A stretch of DNA of 32,000 nt from contig NC_004459.3 in assembly GCF_000039765.1 (NCBI RefSeq), positions 2,361,127 through 2,393,126 on the forward strand, read 5' to 3'. Positions 17,058 through 27,176 of this stretch are shown piece by piece. Under the pieces are notes generated by a model. It saw only the letters and a program-made list of their open reading frames with translations, was not told the origin of the DNA and searched no databases. Numbering within the stretch: position 1 is the first letter of the stretch; each line of letters opens with the position of its first letter. The translations under genes were made by a program, and so were the position numbers. Source of the stretch: Vibrio vulnificus CMCP6 (GTDB taxonomy: Bacteria; Pseudomonadota; Gammaproteobacteria; Enterobacterales; Vibrionaceae).

Positions 17058-17102
17058 CCTTCTACTTTTAATTAGCTCCTCAGAGGTCCGATTAGTAGAA
17101 GG
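17058..17102 (+). promoter_or_regulatory. Candidate SD-sequestering stem-loop in lipA leader
   Basis: CCTTCTACT (17058-17066) is the perfect reverse complement of AGTAGAAGG (17094-17102), which contains the SD of the TTG start at 17111. Confidence 0.5.
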
Positions 17103-17110
17103 AAAATAAC

Positions 17111-18055
17111 TTGAAACGGAAAATATTGTTCGCTGCTCTCTGGTGTATGAGTGCCGCTGCCCTCGCAGGGACCAGCACCTCATCTCTCAATCAAACGGGG
17201 TATACGCAAACGCGTTACCCTATCGTGTTAGTCCATGGTCTGTTTGGCTTTGATAAGTTGGCTGGCGTGGATTATTTCTATGGTATTCCTGAATCCTTAA
17301 CCAAAGATGGTGCCAAGGTGTATGTCGCGCAAGTCTCTGCTACCAACAGCAGTGAAGTGCGTGGTGAGCAGCTCCTATCACAAGTAGAAATGCTGTTGGC
17401 AGCCACTGGCGCAGCAAAGGTCAATTTGATTGGTCACAGCCATGGTGGGCCGACTGCTCGTTATGTTGCGTCTGTTCGGCCTGATCTCGTGGCGTCGGTC
17501 ACCAGCATTGGTGGGGTCAACAAGGGCTCTAAAGTGGCGGACTTAGTCCGAGGTCATGTTTCTGAAGGCTCGCTTACCGAAGCACTGGCAGTGAAGCTCG
17601 CGGAGGGGCTTAGCGGTCTAATTGGTCTACTATCCGGTGGCAGTGGTTTGGATCAAGATCCGCTAGCGTCACTGGATGCACTTACAACGCAAGGGTCATT
17701 GCGCTTTAACCAATTCTACCCAGAGGGACTGCCTCAAACCGAGTGCGGCGAGGGTGAGATGTTGGCTGGCAATGGCGTCTATTACTACTCGTGGACGGGT
17801 TCGAGCACCTATACCAACGTTTTGGATCCCGCCGACGCACCAATGGCCATTCTTGGTTTAGCGTTTGCCGGTGAAGCGAATGATGGCCTTGTTGGTGCGT
17901 GTAGTACCCATTTGGGTAAAGTGATTCGTGACGACTACAAAATGAATCACTTAGATGAGATCAATGGTCTGTTGGGTATTCATCATTTGTTTGAAACGGA
18001 TCCCGTCACCCTTTATCGCCAGCACGCCAATCGTCTGAAACTACAAGGGCTGTAG
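17111..18055 (+). CDS. lipA: Secreted triacylglycerol (lactonizing) lipase, foldase-dependent family I type
   Basis: Signal peptide; oxyanion region YPIVLVHGLFGFD; nucleophile elbow GHSHGG; catalytic His context THLGKVIRDDYKMNHLDEI; TTG start with SD GAAGG; followed by a lipase foldase gene. Confidence 0.93.
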   Translation: MKRKILFAALWCMSAAALAGTSTSSLNQTGYTQTRYPIVLVHGLFGFDKLAGVDYFYGIPESLTKDGAKVYVAQVSATNSSEVRGEQLLSQVEMLLAATGAAKVNLIGHSHGGPTARYVASVRPDLVASVTSIGGVNKGSKVADLVRGHVSEGSLTEALAVKLAEGLSGLIGLLSGGSGLDQDPLASLDALTTQGSLRFNQFYPEGLPQTECGEGEMLAGNGVYYYSWTGSSTYTNVLDPADAPMAILGLAFAGEANDGLVGACSTHLGKVIRDDYKMNHLDEINGLLGIHHLFETDPVTLYRQHANRLKLQGL

Positions 18056-18071
18056 CCTCAAAGGGAACGTT

Positions 18072-18914
18072 ATGAAAAAGACCGCACTGACCATTATCAC
18101 GATCGCCTTGGGGAGCCTCGGTGCGGTCTATTTTTTACCTTCGGAGCCCGCTGCGCAAAAAGACATTCGCGCTACCTCTCAGCACGATACCTCGGTTGAT
18201 AACACATCGGCCAAGGCCTTTTTGGACTACTCACTCTCCACGCTAGGTGAAAAACCTTTGCAGACAATAACGCAAGATGTGGTTAGAGAAGAGAGGGCGT
18301 TAGGCGAATTGCAGTTGGATGAGCAGCTATTCGCACTTTACCTTCGCTACAAGCAAGCTCTTGCTGATTTAGATATTGAAATAACGGGGTCAGACATCAT
18401 CTCATTAGAAACCTTGCATCAAGCGATACTCGATCTACAGCGAGAGTACTTTTCAGCGCAACAAATCGACCTGATTTTTGGCGAGGAAAACCAATTAAGG
18501 GCGCTTGCTCTGGAAAAAGCGCGCTTGAGTGAACAGGGCTATTCAGCAGAAGAGCAGAAACAGCTCTGGCGTGATCATTTGGCACTGCAACCGGAATACG
18601 TTCAAGAAAGTGACGCCAACCGCCGATTGATGAGTGAATTAGCGCAAGGAGAAGATGCACAAACCACTTATCTCAAGCGAGTGGAACTCGTGGGCGAGGC
18701 TGGAGCACAGCGACTGGAAGTGTTGGACCAAAATCGCGCCGAGTTTGATCGCGTTTTTCAACATTACTTAGTGCAACGCAGTGCGATTCTTGATGACCTC
18801 GGCTTGAGCGATGAGCAAAAGCACAAACAAATCACAATGTTGAGAGAAACCAGTTTCGACGCAAAACAGTGGCGCAGAATTGAAGCACTTGAACGCATTG
18901 CAGATGGTGGATAA
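18072..18914 (+). CDS. Lipase-specific foldase (Lif/LipB family chaperone)
   Basis: N-terminal TM anchor; foldase signature-like FLDYSLSTLGEKPL (RxxFDY/FxxS-L-GE region); helical repeats; immediately downstream of lipase. Confidence 0.9.
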   Translation: MKKTALTIITIALGSLGAVYFLPSEPAAQKDIRATSQHDTSVDNTSAKAFLDYSLSTLGEKPLQTITQDVVREERALGELQLDEQLFALYLRYKQALADLDIEITGSDIISLETLHQAILDLQREYFSAQQIDLIFGEENQLRALALEKARLSEQGYSAEEQKQLWRDHLALQPEYVQESDANRRLMSELAQGEDAQTTYLKRVELVGEAGAQRLEVLDQNRAEFDRVFQHYLVQRSAILDDLGLSDEQKHKQITMLRETSFDAKQWRRIEALERIADGG

Positions 18915-18936
18915 TCGCTATCGGAGCAAATAAAAA

Positions 18937-18959
18937 AAGAGGCGATGAAATCGCCTCTT
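18937..18959 (-). terminator. Rho-independent terminator downstream of emrD (minus), possibly bidirectional with lipase operon
   Basis: AAGAGGCGAT-GAA-ATCGCCTCTT, 10-bp perfect stem, minus strand followed by a T run of at least 5. Confidence 0.8.
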
Positions 18960-18966
18960 AGAAAGA

Positions 18967-20172
18967 TCAGATTGCCAGCGGCATTTCATTGGAAGAATCA
19001 GGTTTACGATAGACCAAACGCAACCCTAACATCGCAAGGATGGACATTGCGAGCATGAGGCAGCCAAGAGGCAGTTGATCTTGGGCTGGGAACAAGGAGG
19101 CGATTAATGTCGCGATACCTGCTCCTAGATTTTGCATACCGCCCAAAATAGCGCCACCGGTTCCCGCGTGATAAGGGAAAGGAGCCAGTGCTCCCGTGGT
19201 CGCCGCTGGGAACAAAATGCCTGCGCCAAGGAAGTAAATTGTCGCACCACCGACCAACGTCAGTGCCGTTGTTTGACCAAACAGACCTGGAATTAGCACC
19301 ACGGCTGCGCCGATCAGTATTGCGACCAAGCCAACGTTCAGAGCACGCTTTTGTGAGCGACGCTGCGCAATGTAGCTGGATAAGCCCGCACCAATCAGAT
19401 AGCCCGGGATCGGCAATACAAATAGAATGCTGACGACAGTCGCAGGCAGCCCTAACACACCGCCTAATAGCACGCCCGCCGCTGCCTCAAAAACCGCCAC
19501 GCCAGCAAAGGTTGCAACTAAGCAAAGTAAGTAACCTTGGAAACGTTTGTTGGATAAAACGTAGTGGTAGCTGCGAGCAACAGGCTCGTGTTTACGTTTT
19601 TCTTTTGGCAACGTTTCCATCATGCTGGTCATCATGGTAATAATGACCGCAATAGCAAATAGCGCCAAAAACAAATAGCTTGAACGCCAGCCAAAGGTTT
19701 CCGTTAGCACGCCGCCCAATACAGGAGCCATCAGCGGTGAAAAGATCACGCACATGCTGATCAAACTGTTGGCGCGATGTAATTCAGCGCCTTCAAAACA
19801 GTCACGAGTCAGGGTGCGAGACATTGCACCACCACAACCGATCCCCAAGCCTTGAACAAAGCTACCGACAAGGAACCAAGTGTACTCGTGTGCAAACAGT
19901 GACAGCATAGTGCCGGCAATGTAAATCAATAGACCGGCGATGATGATCGGCTTACGGCCAAGGCGATCCGACAGTGGACCATAGACAAATTGCGATAATC
20001 CGTAAGGGATCAAATAGCACGCCATGACGGCCTGCAGTGCAGCAGGCGATACCAAAAACTCACTGGCCATGTGACCGATTGACGGCACGTACATGGTTTG
20101 AGTCATTTGACCCACAGCGGTCAAAATAGCGATCAAAAGGGTAAGCTTGGCTAATGGAAATGACGCGGACAT
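18967..20172 (-). CDS. emrD: Multidrug efflux MFS transporter EmrD
   Basis: 12-TM MFS; AVGQMTQTMYVPSIGHMASEF, QFVYGPLSDRLGRKP, PLMAPVLGG; close to E. coli EmrD by recalled sequence. Preferred start MSASFPLAK at 20172 (track start 20214 is 5'-extended). Confidence 0.9.
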   Translation of the reverse strand: MSASFPLAKLTLLIAILTAVGQMTQTMYVPSIGHMASEFLVSPAALQAVMACYLIPYGLSQFVYGPLSDRLGRKPIIIAGLLIYIAGTMLSLFAHEYTWFLVGSFVQGLGIGCGGAMSRTLTRDCFEGAELHRANSLISMCVIFSPLMAPVLGGVLTETFGWRSSYLFLALFAIAVIITMMTSMMETLPKEKRKHEPVARSYHYVLSNKRFQGYLLCLVATFAGVAVFEAAAGVLLGGVLGLPATVVSILFVLPIPGYLIGAGLSSYIAQRRSQKRALNVGLVAILIGAAVVLIPGLFGQTTALTLVGGATIYFLGAGILFPAATTGALAPFPYHAGTGGAILGGMQNLGAGIATLIASLFPAQDQLPLGCLMLAMSILAMLGLRLVYRKPDSSNEMPLAI

Positions 20173-20340
20173 CTGCGCAAATTCTCCGGCTAAATTAAAA
20201 ACGAAAAAGACCATGACAGATCGGTAAGGACTGCCAGATGATGAGTTTTATAGGGATTTACGGCGCGAGATATTAGTCGTTGATGGCGTTGTGATCAATC
20301 CGGAAATGTGATCTTAAGCAAGATAAAAATCTATCATTTG

Positions 20341-20357
20341 CATTAGAAAAACTAATG
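20341..20357. promoter_or_regulatory. Candidate operator upstream of emrD
   Basis: Perfect inverted repeat CATTAG-AAAAA-CTAATG. Confidence 0.35.
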
Positions 20358-20518
20358 ATTATTTGGTTGTGGTAAGAGCCTGATTGGTGTTTAGACTTAG
20401 CCCCGATGAAAACGCTGCAGTAATTAGATACCGAAAGAGCATTTAGGGCCGTTAAATAGCAAGGAGTGCAAATGAAAAAATGATAAGTAGTGTTTATCGG
20501 TTCTTGGTTAATGAAAAA

Positions 20519-20541
20519 GGCGCGAAATGTCGCGCCCTTTG
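20519..20541 (-). terminator. Rho-independent terminator of the MCP/porin/PstS-like gene group (minus strand)
   Basis: GGCGCGA-AATG-TCGCGCC; on the minus strand followed by TTTTTC. Confidence 0.75.
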
Positions 20542-20598
20542 CTCGTCTTCAGCTGTGACCCAAGAGGTGCTTGAAACGGATTGTCTGTGGCTGGCCTG

Positions 20599-21009
20599 CT
20601 AAAGTTTGAGTAGGACTTTAACATCAGCCGTTAATGCTGACTCGTCAACGTACCCAATCGCGTTTGTGTTGCTGGTCACTTCCGCAATCACACCTGCATA
20701 GTCGGCCACTTGGATGGGTGCTTCTGCTTTGCCAGTAAAGACCAATCGTGACCATGCGGATTGCAGCTGAGACTCACTGCGCCCTGTGGCTAGGTTGTGA
20801 AAAGCAATACGTCCTTCTGAGCCATCGCTAAGTTCAACAATGCGTGCTTTTGCACCGTTGGTGAGCAGATTTTTTTGCCCCAAAAAGAGCTTTTTGACTT
20901 CATTTTGGGAAAGAGAGTCGACGCCCGCTGCATTACCAATGACAACCATGCCTGCCATCGCATTGAAAGAGAGTAGGGATGCTGCAAAAAATGGAATCAG
21001 TTTGTTCAT
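20599..21009 (-). CDS. Short PstS-like periplasmic phosphate-binding-family protein (136 aa)
   Basis: Signal peptide (MNKLIPFFAASLLSFNAMAGMVVIGNAAGVDSLSQNEVKKLFLGQ), LSDGSEGRIAFHNLATGRSESQLQSAWSRLVFTGKA..., VTSNTNAIGYVDES as in PBP-like small proteins. Confidence 0.8.
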   Translation of the reverse strand: MNKLIPFFAASLLSFNAMAGMVVIGNAAGVDSLSQNEVKKLFLGQKNLLTNGAKARIVELSDGSEGRIAFHNLATGRSESQLQSAWSRLVFTGKAEAPIQVADYAGVIAEVTSNTNAIGYVDESALTADVKVLLKL

Positions 21010-21019
21010 GAGAGGCTCC

Positions 21020-22183
21020 TTAGAAAACGAAATCTAGACGGGCAGAGTAAACCACGCTGTCTTTTTCATTAAACGCTCCAGTGTTATCAATGTTGCTCTT
21101 AAAGCCGCCACTGGTGTTTTGATAATCGGCGTACGTGATATCGAATTTCAGTGCCATGTTGGTGGCGAAATCCCAACGGCTTCCAATGGAGTAGGATAAG
21201 CGCTCATAGTTCATCAAGCGATTCAACCCGAGCGCTTGTTTATACGCAGGAAGGTTTGTTGCGGCAAGGGCAGGAGTTGGTGCTGGTCGCTCATCGTTAT
21301 CGGTGGTTTGCATCCAGCTTACCGCTAAATATGGCGTAAAGGCGGCCACTCGGTAACCCAGCAAGCCCGAAGCAGAGCGGGTATCACTGAACTTGCCATC
21401 GAGCTTCACGTCCGTCGCTTCGATGTTCGCGAGCAGGCTGCCATTATCATATTGCGCGCCAAGTGAAATGAACTGGCCATCTTGCTTGTGAACGCCTAAC
21501 AACGCAGCACGTTGGCAAGGGGCCGAGTTGGTATCTCCTTTGTCGCATTTAGGATTGGCTTCGGCGATAAAGTAAGAGCCGCGCAGCGAGAAGTCGCCGT
21601 AGTTCCAGTTAGCAGAAAGGCCGAGCATTTTGTCCAGTTTGACTTCGCCAATGCTCGAATCATCCTCATCGATGGTGGCAATGCCGACAACGGGCTGTAG
21701 CAGTAGGCTTGAGTGCTCAAATTCAACCGGGATAAGAAGATCTGCACCGGTGTAGCTCTTAAGTACGATGTGCTCGTAAGTCTCTTGAGACGGACGAATC
21801 ATCGGGTAGGCGTAGCCTAAATCAATGTAGTCAGAATAGAAGAACAAAGGCAAACGCAGTTTACCCGCGCGAGCAGTGAAAGCTTCAAATTCGTAAGAGG
21901 CGTAGGCCATTTCAATTTTAGGCGCATAATCATAGCGGCTGTTTGCCACCAATTGGGTGACAAACTTCACCTTGTCGTTGATTTGAAAATCAAACTGAAG
22001 ACCCGCCAAGGTTTCTTGTTCCCAATCGATTTTTTCCGCTGTGTATCGTGCGTAACCAATATCGTTGTTTGATTTGCCCATACCGACGGAGCCAAATCCA
22101 CTGATGGACAGATCCTCAAGATTGGCAGCATTGGTGCTAAAAGTGGTAGCAACGATGAGGCTTGCTAACATGGTTTTTTTCAT
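21020..22183 (-). CDS. Outer-membrane porin-like protein
   Basis: Signal peptide (MKKTMLASLIVATTFSTNAANL), SISGFGSVGMGKS, multiple beta strands, C-terminal VVYSARLDFVF ending in Phe. Probable start 22183. Confidence 0.82.
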   Translation of the reverse strand: MKKTMLASLIVATTFSTNAANLEDLSISGFGSVGMGKSNNDIGYARYTAEKIDWEQETLAGLQFDFQINDKVKFVTQLVANSRYDYAPKIEMAYASYEFEAFTARAGKLRLPLFFYSDYIDLGYAYPMIRPSQETYEHIVLKSYTGADLLIPVEFEHSSLLLQPVVGIATIDEDDSSIGEVKLDKMLGLSANWNYGDFSLRGSYFIAEANPKCDKGDTNSAPCQRAALLGVHKQDGQFISLGAQYDNGSLLANIEATDVKLDGKFSDTRSASGLLGYRVAAFTPYLAVSWMQTTDNDERPAPTPALAATNLPAYKQALGLNRLMNYERLSYSIGSRWDFATNMALKFDITYADYQNTSGGFKSNIDNTGAFNEKDSVVYSARLDFVF

Positions 22184-22288
22184 TCTGAACTCCACTACTG
22201 TGTTCGTTATTTTTGCTTTTTATGAAATTTAAGGTGCGGCAATCCACACCTGGTCAACACGACCAAGTGCCAAAGCAAGTGCGAAGGA

Positions 22289-23902
22289 TTACTTCACCTT
22301 AAAGTGTCCGGTTAAACCGGATAAGTTTGCCGTAATTGCGTTGATGTTTTGTGCTACTGCGTCAAGTTCGCCGACGCTGTCAGCGGTGCCCTGTGCCATA
22401 CTGCGAATGTTGTCGACGATGGCTTCAATGTCACTGGAGGCACGTTCCTGCTCTTCGGTTGAAAATGCAATCAGGCCATTTTTACTGCTGATGTCGGAAA
22501 CGTCTCTGGTGATGCGTTGTAAGGATTGCTCTGCGACCAACGATTTCTGCACGCACTCTTCTGCGCGGCAAGCGCTCTCAGAAATGATGTTTGCGGCCGT
22601 TTTGGTTTGTTCTTGCAACTCATGCAAAACGGATTGGATCTCTTGGGTGGAAGATTGAGTACGAGAGGCCAGTGTTCTGACTTCGTCAGCAACGACGGCA
22701 AACCCACGCCCCTGTTCTCCTGCTCGGGCGGCTTCAATCGCTGCGTTCAAGGCGAGCAGGTTGGTTTGTTCGGCGATGGCACTGATGGCATCGAGTATCG
22801 AGCCTGCGTTTTGCGTATTTTGATCCAATTGCTGAACCACGAGTGAGGCATTTCTCACTTCGGCCGTCAGTTCTCGAACGGCAACAATCGTGCTTTGGAC
22901 CTGCGCTTCGCCGTTGGCAGCTTCTTCACTCGCGCTATTGGCGGATGTGGAGGCTTCACTGGCGTGCGAGGCGATGTGTTTCGCTGCGTCGAACAACTGG
23001 CCAAGTGAATGGGACACATCTTCAATCTCTTTATATTGGCGTTCAGACAAGTCTGCCGTAGTGTGGCTGGAAGCAACCAAAGTGCTGGATATTTGGTCCA
23101 GTTTGCTCACGTTCTCAATGGTTTGCGTGACGTTGTGCTGAAGTTTGGTGACAAAAGCGTTGAATGAATCGACAACGGGTTTCAGTTCATCATTTTTCTC
23201 GTGACGGATGCGAACAGTAAGGTCGCCATCGCCGTCGGCAATATCACGCATCTTTTCTGCGAATGAGCCTAAATCTAGTCTAATGCCGCGAGTGACAAAC
23301 CAACCCATCAAAATGGTGAGCAACAATGCAGTGGCGCCCAACACACGCATGAGTTGAGTGGCCGCGACATTGTTCTGTTCAAGCTCCGTCACGGAGCGTT
23401 CAAAATCCGCGACTCGAGCATGTGAAAATTGCTGCATCTGATTTTTTAGTGCGTCAAGCGTCTTTCGATTGGCGTCTGCTTTTTGCGCAGCGGCGGAGAG
23501 ATCAAGGTTGCCATCAATCATGCCGAGAGCCACATCATAAGTTGATTGAAAGTAAGTATTTAAAAGCCGACGCAACGTGGTGGTTTGTTCACGTAACGCG
23601 GGTTGCAATGTCGCCTGTAACGCAAGGTTCTCAACGATTTCCTCAAGCGTGGTGCGGTTCAAATCCAGCAGCTCTTCATCGCCTAGGGTAACCGCAAGGT
23701 TAAAGCGCTCTGTAAGTTGGGAGAGCAGCACTAAGTTGAGCGCTGCGGAGTTCATGACGGGATAGTACAGTTTGTCGATATGACGAACCTGTTCAGTGTT
23801 ATTGGTCAGGGTGGAACCACTAATGGACAACATGCTAGCAAATCCGAATAACGATAGAAGGCATAGTGCAAGCACCTTCCCTCGAATAGACAGTGACATC
23901 AT
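22289..23902 (-). CDS. Methyl-accepting chemotaxis protein (periplasmic 4HB-like sensor, HAMP, MA domain)
   Basis: Two TM segments flanking a helical periplasmic region; HAMP-like region; conserved hairpin tip [32 protein letters not shown]. Confidence 0.95.
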   Translation of the reverse strand: MMSLSIRGKVLALCLLSLFGFASMLSISGSTLTNNTEQVRHIDKLYYPVMNSAALNLVLLSQLTERFNLAVTLGDEELLDLNRTTLEEIVENLALQATLQPALREQTTTLRRLLNTYFQSTYDVALGMIDGNLDLSAAAQKADANRKTLDALKNQMQQFSHARVADFERSVTELEQNNVAATQLMRVLGATALLLTILMGWFVTRGIRLDLGSFAEKMRDIADGDGDLTVRIRHEKNDELKPVVDSFNAFVTKLQHNVTQTIENVSKLDQISSTLVASSHTTADLSERQYKEIEDVSHSLGQLFDAAKHIASHASEASTSANSASEEAANGEAQVQSTIVAVRELTAEVRNASLVVQQLDQNTQNAGSILDAISAIAEQTNLLALNAAIEAARAGEQGRGFAVVADEVRTLASRTQSSTQEIQSVLHELQEQTKTAANIISESACRAEECVQKSLVAEQSLQRITRDVSDISSKNGLIAFSTEEQERASSDIEAIVDNIRSMAQGTADSVGELDAVAQNINAITANLSGLTGHFKVK

Positions 23903-23979
23903 GCAGACATCCTTCTAAAAGAAAAAATAAATATAAAAATTATAATCTTGGGTATTAATAAACCGCGTCCATGTTACCG

Positions 23980-24001
23980 CTAATGACATTCATGACATTA
24001 G
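23980..24001. promoter_or_regulatory. 22-bp quasi-palindrome upstream of the MCP gene
   Basis: CTAATGACATTCATGACATTAG: arms match at 9 of 11 positions; about 80 bp upstream of the MCP start. Confidence 0.4.
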
Positions 24002-24190
24002 AGTATTTATGTAAGTGAGCGTAAGCTGGTGACGTAGGGTGAGCGAGAGGGTCTTGTTTTAAAGGTGGTAAAGTCGGCATGCCATCGGTGCAAAATCACT
24101 TCGCTGCGTGGTTCTCTTTGGATTAGAGGGGCGATCTCTTTCGTGGGAAAAGTGATAAAAGGTGGGGAAAACGATAGTCTAGAAAGACAA

Positions 24191-24219
24191 AAATCCGATA
24201 AACAGAGTTTATCGGATTT
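24191..24219 (-). terminator. Rho-independent terminator of speA-speB (minus strand)
   Basis: AAATCCGATAAAC-AGA-GTTTATCGGATTT, perfect 13-bp stem; minus strand T-tract. Confidence 0.88.
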
Positions 24220-24244
24220 GGTGGTCTTGCTTCAAAGTCTTCGC

Positions 24245-25180
24245 TTAGAACTCTGATTCAAACTCTTTATTTGCTGCCCAAGCGTACATAAGTTCCAGCG
24301 CAATGGTTGCGCCAGCCAGTGCCGTCAAATCGCTTTGATCGTATGGAGGAGAGACTTCTACCACATCCATACCAACGATGTTAACGTCTTTTAGGCCACG
24401 GATGATTTTCAAAATCTTGTCCGAGTTCAAGCCACCGCAGACAGGTGTACCAGTTCCTGGTGCAAAAGCCGGATCGAGACAGTCGATATCAAACGTCACA
24501 TACACCGGCTTATCTGCCACGATGCGGCGAATATCTGCAAGGATCTCTTCTACGCTCATGTCGTTGGCTTGCATCGCATTGATGACGTTAAAGCCGTGAC
24601 CTTCTTGCTTGTACTCAGTACGGATACCGACTTGTACGGAATGCTTAGGAGAGATAAGCCCTTCTTTTGGCGCATGGTAGAACATGGTGCCGTGGTCATA
24701 GCTGCTGCCGTTTGCGTACGTGTCGGTGTGCGCATCGAAGTGGATCAGTGCCATTTCACCGTAGTGTTTTGCGTAAGCGCGCAGAATAGGCAGCGTGATG
24801 AAGTGATCACCACCAAGGCCAAGCATTGTTTTGCCACTTTTTAGGATCGCAGAGGTAGCTGCTTCCATACGGTAAGTGAAGTCTTCTGCATCACCACAAT
24901 CGAAGACAAGATCGCCACCGTCAATCACTTTCACCTTTTTGAAAAGGTTGAAATCCCAAGGGAATTTCTTACCTTCCCATGCAAGATTCACCGATGCACG
25001 ACGGATCGCATCTGGGCCCATACGCGCGCCAGGACGACCAGAGGTTGCCATGTCTAGCGGTGCGCCAAAAACAACTAGGTCAGCGTCTGCTGCGACAGGA
25101 TCTTTGACATACGGACGACGCACAAAACTCATCGAGTTTGAGTAGAGTGAATAATCAGTTTTAGTAAACAAATCATTCAT
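24245..25180 (-). CDS. speB: Agmatinase
   Basis: Ureohydrolase metal-binding motifs [32 protein letters not shown]; abuts speA (TAA|ATG, no gap). Confidence 0.95.
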   Translation of the reverse strand: MNDLFTKTDYSLYSNSMSFVRRPYVKDPVAADADLVVFGAPLDMATSGRPGARMGPDAIRRASVNLAWEGKKFPWDFNLFKKVKVIDGGDLVFDCGDAEDFTYRMEAATSAILKSGKTMLGLGGDHFITLPILRAYAKHYGEMALIHFDAHTDTYANGSSYDHGTMFYHAPKEGLISPKHSVQVGIRTEYKQEGHGFNVINAMQANDMSVEEILADIRRIVADKPVYVTFDIDCLDPAFAPGTGTPVCGGLNSDKILKIIRGLKDVNIVGMDVVEVSPPYDQSDLTALAGATIALELMYAWAANKEFESEF

Positions 25181-27103
25181 TTAGAAATCCTCTAAATAGG
25201 TGTAACCAGACAGACCTTGTTCAAGCTCTGCTAGAATTTGTTGCTGTTCCTCTTGGTCAACGCGCTGCGATACCAAAGAGTGATAATTTTTGCGAATTTG
25301 GTCTACATCGATGTGTACGTAACGCATCATGTCTTCGACGGTGTCGCCTTCGTTGATGAAATCGATGTTGATCTCACCTTGGTCGCCCACGTTCACCACA
25401 ACACTGTGGGTGTCACCAAATAGGTTGTGCATGTCACCAAGAATTTCTTGGTATGCACCCACGAGGAAGAAGCCCATCAAGTATGGCTCATCTTCGTTCC
25501 ATGCAGGTACTGGCAGTGTACTTTCGATGCCTTGACCATCTACATAGGCGTCAATCGCGCCATCTGAGTCACAGGTGATGTCGAGCATCACTGCACGGCG
25601 ATCAGCGGCGTTTTGTAAGCCAGACAGTGGCAGAACAGGGAAGACCTGATCAATACCCCATGAATCTGGCAATGATTGGAACAATGAGAAGTTGACAAAG
25701 AACTTATCCGCTAAACGCTCTGACAATTCATCAAGAATTGGGCGATGGAAGCGGTTCTTCGTGCTCATCAAACGGTTCAATTCATAGTAGATACGCAGCG
25801 ATGTTTGTTCTGCCCACGCGCGATGTTCAAGGGTTAATACCCCGGTCGCAAACTGTGAGTGCACTTCCGCCAAGTCGCTTTGCGTATCGTTGTAAATTTC
25901 GATCAGTGCACGAGCATCGGTGCCATTGTGCAAGTTCAACCAGCTGCGCCACATGTTGTTCAGTAGAAGAGGGAAGTCTTCTTCTGGCTCTGTCACGGTT
26001 TCTGGTTTGTAAGTTTCAGTACCAATTACGTTCGAGATCAACACTGCGTGGTGTGCTGTCAGTGAACGACCAGACTCAGAAATGATCACTGGCATTGGTT
26101 GCTTGTAATCTTTACACACGTCACCCACGGTATTGACGATATTGCGTGCGTACTCCACCAAGCCGTAGTTCATCGAGTTGGAAGACTGGCTGCGAGTGCC
26201 ATCATAGTCAATCGCCAAGCCGCCACCCACGTCGAAATACGTGATGTTGGCACCCAATGTACGCAGTTCACAGTAGAAACGTGCTGATTCATTCACACCA
26301 TTACGCACATCGCGAATATTCGCCATTTGCGAACCTAGGTGGAAGTGGACGAGCTGCAAGGTATCGAGTTGGTTTTCTTTCTTCAAACGGCTGATCACAT
26401 TCAGCACTTGTGATGCAGAGAGACCAAATTTCGATTTCTCGCCACCGCTGGCTTGCCACTTACCTGCACCTTGAGAAGCCAGGCGAATACGGATGCCAAG
26501 ACGGGGTGTCACACCAAGACTTTTTGCTTCTCTTAACACAAGGTCTAGCTCGGACATTTTCTCAAGTACGATGAAGACTTTGTGACCAAGTTTTTCACCA
26601 ATCAGTGCCAAACGGATGTACTCACGGTCTTTATAACCGTTACAAACGATAACAGAGCTTGCGTGCTGAGCCATGGCTAGAACGGCGAGAAGCTCAGGCT
26701 TACTGCCTGCCTCTAGGCCTAGCTGTTTGGTTTCCAGTTGTGCCTGGCTGGCAAGAATCTCGTCTACCACTTCACGCTGTTGGTTTACCTTGATTGGGTA
26801 CACTAACAGGTATTTATTTGGGTATTGATATTCTTCAATTGCCTGGTTAAACGCGTCACAGATTGAATGCACACGTTGATGCAGGATTTGCGGAAATCGA
26901 ACCAGCACAGGTACATTGAGCTGACGCTCTTCTAGCTGCTTAACGATTTTGCTTAGCTGAATCTGATGGGCATTATCACTACGTGGGGAAACGTACATTT
27001 CGCCTTGGTCGTCAATACCGTAAAAACCTTGACTCCAGTAGTGCACGTTGTAGTCGGCGCGAACGCGGTCTAATTTGGATGTTTGTTCCACATCTAATCT
27101 CAC
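25181..27103 (-). CDS. speA: Biosynthetic arginine decarboxylase
   Basis: PLP-dependent fold III: [52 protein letters not shown]. Likely GTG start at 27103 ([10 protein letters not shown]..); track start 27142 looks extended. Confidence 0.95.
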   Translation of the reverse strand: MRLDVEQTSKLDRVRADYNVHYWSQGFYGIDDQGEMYVSPRSDNAHQIQLSKIVKQLEERQLNVPVLVRFPQILHQRVHSICDAFNQAIEEYQYPNKYLLVYPIKVNQQREVVDEILASQAQLETKQLGLEAGSKPELLAVLAMAQHASSVIVCNGYKDREYIRLALIGEKLGHKVFIVLEKMSELDLVLREAKSLGVTPRLGIRIRLASQGAGKWQASGGEKSKFGLSASQVLNVISRLKKENQLDTLQLVHFHLGSQMANIRDVRNGVNESARFYCELRTLGANITYFDVGGGLAIDYDGTRSQSSNSMNYGLVEYARNIVNTVGDVCKDYKQPMPVIISESGRSLTAHHAVLISNVIGTETYKPETVTEPEEDFPLLLNNMWRSWLNLHNGTDARALIEIYNDTQSDLAEVHSQFATGVLTLEHRAWAEQTSLRIYYELNRLMSTKNRFHRPILDELSERLADKFFVNFSLFQSLPDSWGIDQVFPVLPLSGLQNAADRRAVMLDITCDSDGAIDAYVDGQGIESTLPVPAWNEDEPYLMGFFLVGAYQEILGDMHNLFGDTHSVVVNVGDQGEINIDFINEGDTVEDMMRYVHIDVDQIRKNYHSLVSQRVDQEEQQQILAELEQGLSGYTYLEDF

Positions 27104-27176
27104 AGAGTATATCCGAAATACAGCAACGGATATTAAGAACAAAACATGAGTGGAAAGTCCCTCTCATGGCCTGGCA

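Noticed and set aside
20270-20320. CRP-like site in emrD upstream region (TTGTGATCAATCCGGAAATGTGATC)
   Set aside because: Two same-orientation TGTGATC half-sites but no matching TCACA half at proper spacing; too weak to call.
22341-23765. Plus-strand ORFs opposite the MCP gene (22341-22658, 22526-22846, 22890-23141 etc.)
   Set aside because: Mirror the highly biased MCP signalling-domain sequence; no start-site context.
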